A stretch of DNA of 48,930 nucleotides from a bacterium (lineage in GTDB: Bacteria; Hinthialibacterota; Hinthialibacteria; Hinthialibacterales; Hinthialibacteraceae): the NCBI GenBank assembly GCA_041946805.1, contig JBHGBC010000028.1, positions 1 through 48,930 on the forward strand, read 5' to 3'. The notes under the pieces are model-generated. The model saw only the letters and a program-made list of their open reading frames with translations. It made no database searches and was not told where the DNA came from. The translations under genes and the position numbers were made by a program. This document shows positions 45,421 through 48,930 of this stretch, piece by piece (the first letter of the stretch is position 1; the number at the start of each line of letters is the position of its first letter).

Positions 45421-48309
45421 ATGAAATCATCCCTGTCACGTTTGTTCCTCTTTCTATTCACGTTCATGTTGATCCAGGTTCCAGCGTACAGTCTGAGCGA
45501 GGACGAGCTGAAAGAACTCTATTTGCGGGTGGCGGAAAGCGCCGTGGACGCCTTCGAGCCGATCTGGGTGGATGAATCGGACCGCATCCCCAACAGCGGC
45601 TTTTTCGATTTTCGGAAATATCCTGATTGGCTGGACGATCCCTATGGGACGATCATCATCATCTGCGGCAACGGTCTGGTGCAATTTTGCTACGCGGTCC
45701 TGCTGAACGAAACGGATCAAGAATATTTCGGCCAGGCGCGGATTTCCCGGGCCGTCTTGCGGGAGCATGCCATTAAATCCATCCGCTGGTGCTGCCTGAC
45801 CAGCTCGTATGTGGAGCATCCGTATCCCTACGTGCCCGCAACGCGCAAGGATTTCGCCGACGGCCTTTATTGGCGGCGGCAGCATTCGTGGCGCGCGGAC
45901 GAAGTGGGCTGGCTGACCCTCGCGGCGGGCTTGTTGTGGAACGATCTGGACGAAGACACCCGCAAGCAAGTGGAGGCGGTGCTGACCGGAGGCGCGACCA
46001 CTGAACGGCTTTGGCATACCTGGTATCCCTCCCAGGGAGGCAACCACGACCAGATCAAGCAGGATCTCTCCAGCACCATGGGCGCGGCGTTTCTGTTTCC
46101 CAACCATCCGGACGCCAAGAAATTTTGGGAGATCGTGGCGGGCTACGGAATCGATCTGGTCTGCGCGCCGCAGGACTTCGCCAATCCGGCCCTCGCGGAA
46201 GGCCGGCCCATCGCGGAATGGGCGAAGGGCTGGCATATGTATCCGGACTATTCGAGCGACCATCACGGCTGGTGCAACCTGTGGTATGGCAGCGACCTGG
46301 TCTTCGAAGGGCGGTTTTATTTGGAGGTGTTGCACGCCAGCACAAAGGTGCCCATCCCTGAAACCTTCACGTACGCGGGGAATGGCTACGACGGCGTGCT
46401 GGAATATCTGAAGCGCATCGCCCTGCCCGAGGGTGAACCGTTGTGGCCGCATGGCAACGAATACGACGCGTTTTACGGGAACGGACTGTTGGGGTATTGC
46501 TACGGCGCGGTGATCAAAAAGGACCCGGTGGCGGCGGCGCTGGAAGAACGGGCGGCCTCGCTGCTGCGGCGGCATTCCCAGGCTTTGCCGAAATATGATT
46601 ATCATCGCAACTCGCACGCCAAGGCCGCGATGGCCTACCTGATCCATAAATATCACGGCCCCCGCGCCGACCCGCTCCCCTGGAACGAGGCCATGGCGCG
46701 GCTGGAAGGCGTGTATCACCACCGGGGAATGCAACACCTGTTGCACCGCTCCGCCGACAAGATCGCCTCGTTCGCCTGGGGATCGATCTCGTCCCTCCGC
46801 AACGTGAACTGGATGTATGGGAACGGTTTCTGCGGATTCGTGTTCCCTTCGCGGCCGGATGAGACCGGGCCCGCGCCCCTGGTGTATTGCCACCCCTCCT
46901 CCCTGATCGGGGAATACGAAGTGACCGCAGGAGAGGAAAAGCCACGGGCTTTGGTTCCGCCCGACGCGGTCTATCGCTATCAAATGAACGGCGGTGGATT
47001 CCGGACCGCGGGACTCGTGCCCGATCCCGCCCTGGACCGCTACTACGCGTTTCATTCATTCGAGAACGGCCCCACGATTCTGCTGACGCTGCTCCAGGCG
47101 AAATCCGATTGCCAAATCAATTGGTCCGGATTGCCCGTGTATTTCTTTGTCCGGGAGGGATTGACCCCCAGCCGGGCTTTGTTCCAGGGAAATGGGATGC
47201 GCCCCTTGGAATTGGAACTGGAGAATAAAGAAACCAACTGGTGGTGCGTGGACAACCGGATCGGCATGGTCTTCGGCGGAAAGCATTCCAATCTCGTGAC
47301 GCGCCGGGTTGTGGGCTACAACTGGGCGCGCAAGGAATCGTACAAGGACAAGTGCGACGGGGTGTTCGTCTCGCCTCTGCAAAACCACAAAATGGCGGCG
47401 GGGGAGGAATACTATTTGCCCGCGGCGATCTTCACCAACACGCCTCCCGACTTGCTGGCGAATCCGGGGCTGGGTTGGCTCGAGGCGCTGGATTGGCCGG
47501 AGGGATGGCAAGGCCTGATTACCGAAGATCCCGCCCGGCCGGGGAGACGCTTCTTGGCGGTGACGAACTTCCACGGACTTAGCACCCTGGCCGCGATGGA
47601 ATTCGTGAAGCCGGAGGGAACGGAAAGTGTTCCTCTATTCGCGGAAGGCGCGCCGGTGTTGTCAGTACCATCCACAATCCGGGGTAACCGGGGAACGGCG
47701 GTGTTTCAATTGGAGGCTTTGGAATCGGCGGGGAATGAAATCGACCTCTACGCGGAAACGCTCAACGGCAAAGCGGTTACGGCGGCCGCTGCCGCTCCCG
47801 GGAAGTACCTGTTCACTTCCCAAGAGAACGGCGAAATGGAATTGCGGCTTCGATACCGGGGGGCGGCCGATCCCGCTTTACGCTCGAACGCCACCGTGAC
47901 GGCTTCTCAACTCAAGGGCGAGATGCCGGAAACCATCCTGGAGAAGCTGCTGGATGAAAACTCGGATTTCGTGGACATCCGGTTCGCGGGAACCCTGCGC
48001 ATCGATCTCGGCCAGGCGGGACAAGACCATACGGGGCCGTTCGCGGAAGTTCAGAATTTGACCATCCGGGAGGACAAGCGGGTACAGATCGACGTGTACG
48101 CCGCGGACGCCAGTGGAATCCAATCGGTAATCTTGTATTGCAATGGGGAGAAAATCGGCGAAAAAACCGCCCCGCCCTTCACCTGGACGCACCGCCCGAA
48201 ACCGGGGTGGCATACGTATCACGCCGAAGCGATTGACGCGGCACCCGGCCATAATAAGCGCGCGTCCTTTAAAAGGACAATTGACATCCAGGAGATTCCA
48301 GTAAAGTAA
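45421..48309 (+). CDS. Large secreted hypothetical protein with C-terminal Ig-like domain
   Basis: GAGGTGG RBS, signal peptide, aromatic-rich helical N-terminal half; C-terminal DASGIQSVILY.NG...APPFTW...GWHT..A.A.D is Big-like. Confidence 0.75.
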   Translation: MKSSLSRLFLFLFTFMLIQVPAYSLSEDELKELYLRVAESAVDAFEPIWVDESDRIPNSGFFDFRKYPDWLDDPYGTIIIICGNGLVQFCYAVLLNETDQEYFGQARISRAVLREHAIKSIRWCCLTSSYVEHPYPYVPATRKDFADGLYWRRQHSWRADEVGWLTLAAGLLWNDLDEDTRKQVEAVLTGGATTERLWHTWYPSQGGNHDQIKQDLSSTMGAAFLFPNHPDAKKFWEIVAGYGIDLVCAPQDFANPALAEGRPIAEWAKGWHMYPDYSSDHHGWCNLWYGSDLVFEGRFYLEVLHASTKVPIPETFTYAGNGYDGVLEYLKRIALPEGEPLWPHGNEYDAFYGNGLLGYCYGAVIKKDPVAAALEERAASLLRRHSQALPKYDYHRNSHAKAAMAYLIHKYHGPRADPLPWNEAMARLEGVYHHRGMQHLLHRSADKIASFAWGSISSLRNVNWMYGNGFCGFVFPSRPDETGPAPLVYCHPSSLIGEYEVTAGEEKPRALVPPDAVYRYQMNGGGFRTAGLVPDPALDRYYAFHSFENGPTILLTLLQAKSDCQINWSGLPVYFFVREGLTPSRALFQGNGMRPLELELENKETNWWCVDNRIGMVFGGKHSNLVTRRVVGYNWARKESYKDKCDGVFVSPLQNHKMAAGEEYYLPAAIFTNTPPDLLANPGLGWLEALDWPEGWQGLITEDPARPGRRFLAVTNFHGLSTLAAMEFVKPEGTESVPLFAEGAPVLSVPSTIRGNRGTAVFQLEALESAGNEIDLYAETLNGKAVTAAAAAPGKYLFTSQENGEMELRLRYRGAADPALRSNATVTASQLKGEMPETILEKLLDENSDFVDIRFAGTLRIDLGQAGQDHTGPFAEVQNLTIREDKRVQIDVYAADASGIQSVILYCNGEKIGEKTAPPFTWTHRPKPGWHTYHAEAIDAAPGHNKRASFKRTIDIQEIPVK

Positions 48310-48930
48310 ATGGGAGCGGAAGAGGTTGGATGGGTTAGCGCGTGGCGCATAATCCATCAAAGTCATTGGGGGGAAGGGTAGACAATTCCCTCCTAACCCA
48401 TATTCGTCTCGTTTTTTCGTAAGTGGTTGATTTCATTGAACCGGGCCTTGAAATTCGGCACTACGGATCACGTGTAGGCTGCGCCAAAGCGATAGCGGCG
48501 CAACGTAACCTCCAGGTTCAATTCCTGAAAAATTTCCTGTTCTTATAAAATTCCTGCCGGTGAGGTTCAGGCCGGGTAGGGCGGCGGACTGCGTACACGT
48601 TCTTTTGTTGCCCGGCAAAACTCCCGTCACCACCTGGCGGAGGCGCGGCTGTGGGCGCAGCCGGCGCGATGGCCAAGGACGGGTAAATTTCAGGCTTATC
48701 CGGCAAGTGCGCACCTCAAGGCGACAGCCTACGGTTTCGTCAGGGGAAAAATCCCAATCCTTTAAGGATTGAATGTAATATGAGGCTCATCCGGTAAGTG
48801 CGTACTTTTTCTCCGTAGTTTGCAAGGCCATCCCATCAAACCGTCTGGAGAGAACAACCCCCAAGTCTCTATCTCTGGGTGAGTGGATTGGATTATGATG
48901 AAAGCCCTTTCGTCCCGCTGTGCCTCTCTG

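Larger units (their letters stand above)
13385..48358. repeat. GTAG-type REP family GATGGGTTA...TAAYCCATC
   Basis: 13385-13415, 15154-15183 (GTAGGATGGGTTAGCGTGGCGTAACCCATC), 24179-24212, 26395-26428, 29184-29213, 48325-48358. Confidence 0.75.

Noticed and set aside
48742..48780. IS200/IS605-like end hairpin (AATCCCAATCCTTTAAGGATTG)
   Set aside because: Only loose resemblance; no tnpA/tnpB remnant visible

Overview
GC-rich bacterial chromosomal window of about 49 kb. I found no rRNA, tRNA, CRISPR array, transposase or integrase. Left third: murI, a ~0.45 kb cluster of DnaA boxes with IHF-like and AT-rich sites (candidate oriC, no dnaA alongside), an ECF sigma/anti-sigma/RseB-like operon with a likely autoregulatory promoter, uppS-cdsA and miaA-hfq-hflX. 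The rest is mostly secreted or Tat-exported catabolic and hypothetical proteins (GH16, two Gfo/Idh/MocA, two sugar isomerase-like proteins, M14 peptidase, DUF4832, DUF362/DUF6599, tandem alpha/beta hydrolase, a 1.5k-aa repeat surface protein), plus DUF4954, a HisC-like aminotransferase, an Fe/Mn SOD, an atypical ACP and an ADP-forming acyl-CoA ligase. Most intergenic gaps hold short palindromic repeats from at least six families. Several of these sit in fixed order inside ~200-350 bp shells with terminal inverted repeats, one with an exact TTA duplication, which suggests a modular REP-carrying MITE family. Other leads are a SOD gene with two RBS-preceded in-frame starts (Tat-exported and cytoplasmic forms), a possible C-terminal TxVxxWxxY sorting motif, and an apparent strand-composition switch near 16.5-18 kb. 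All product calls come from motif recognition by eye, not database searches.
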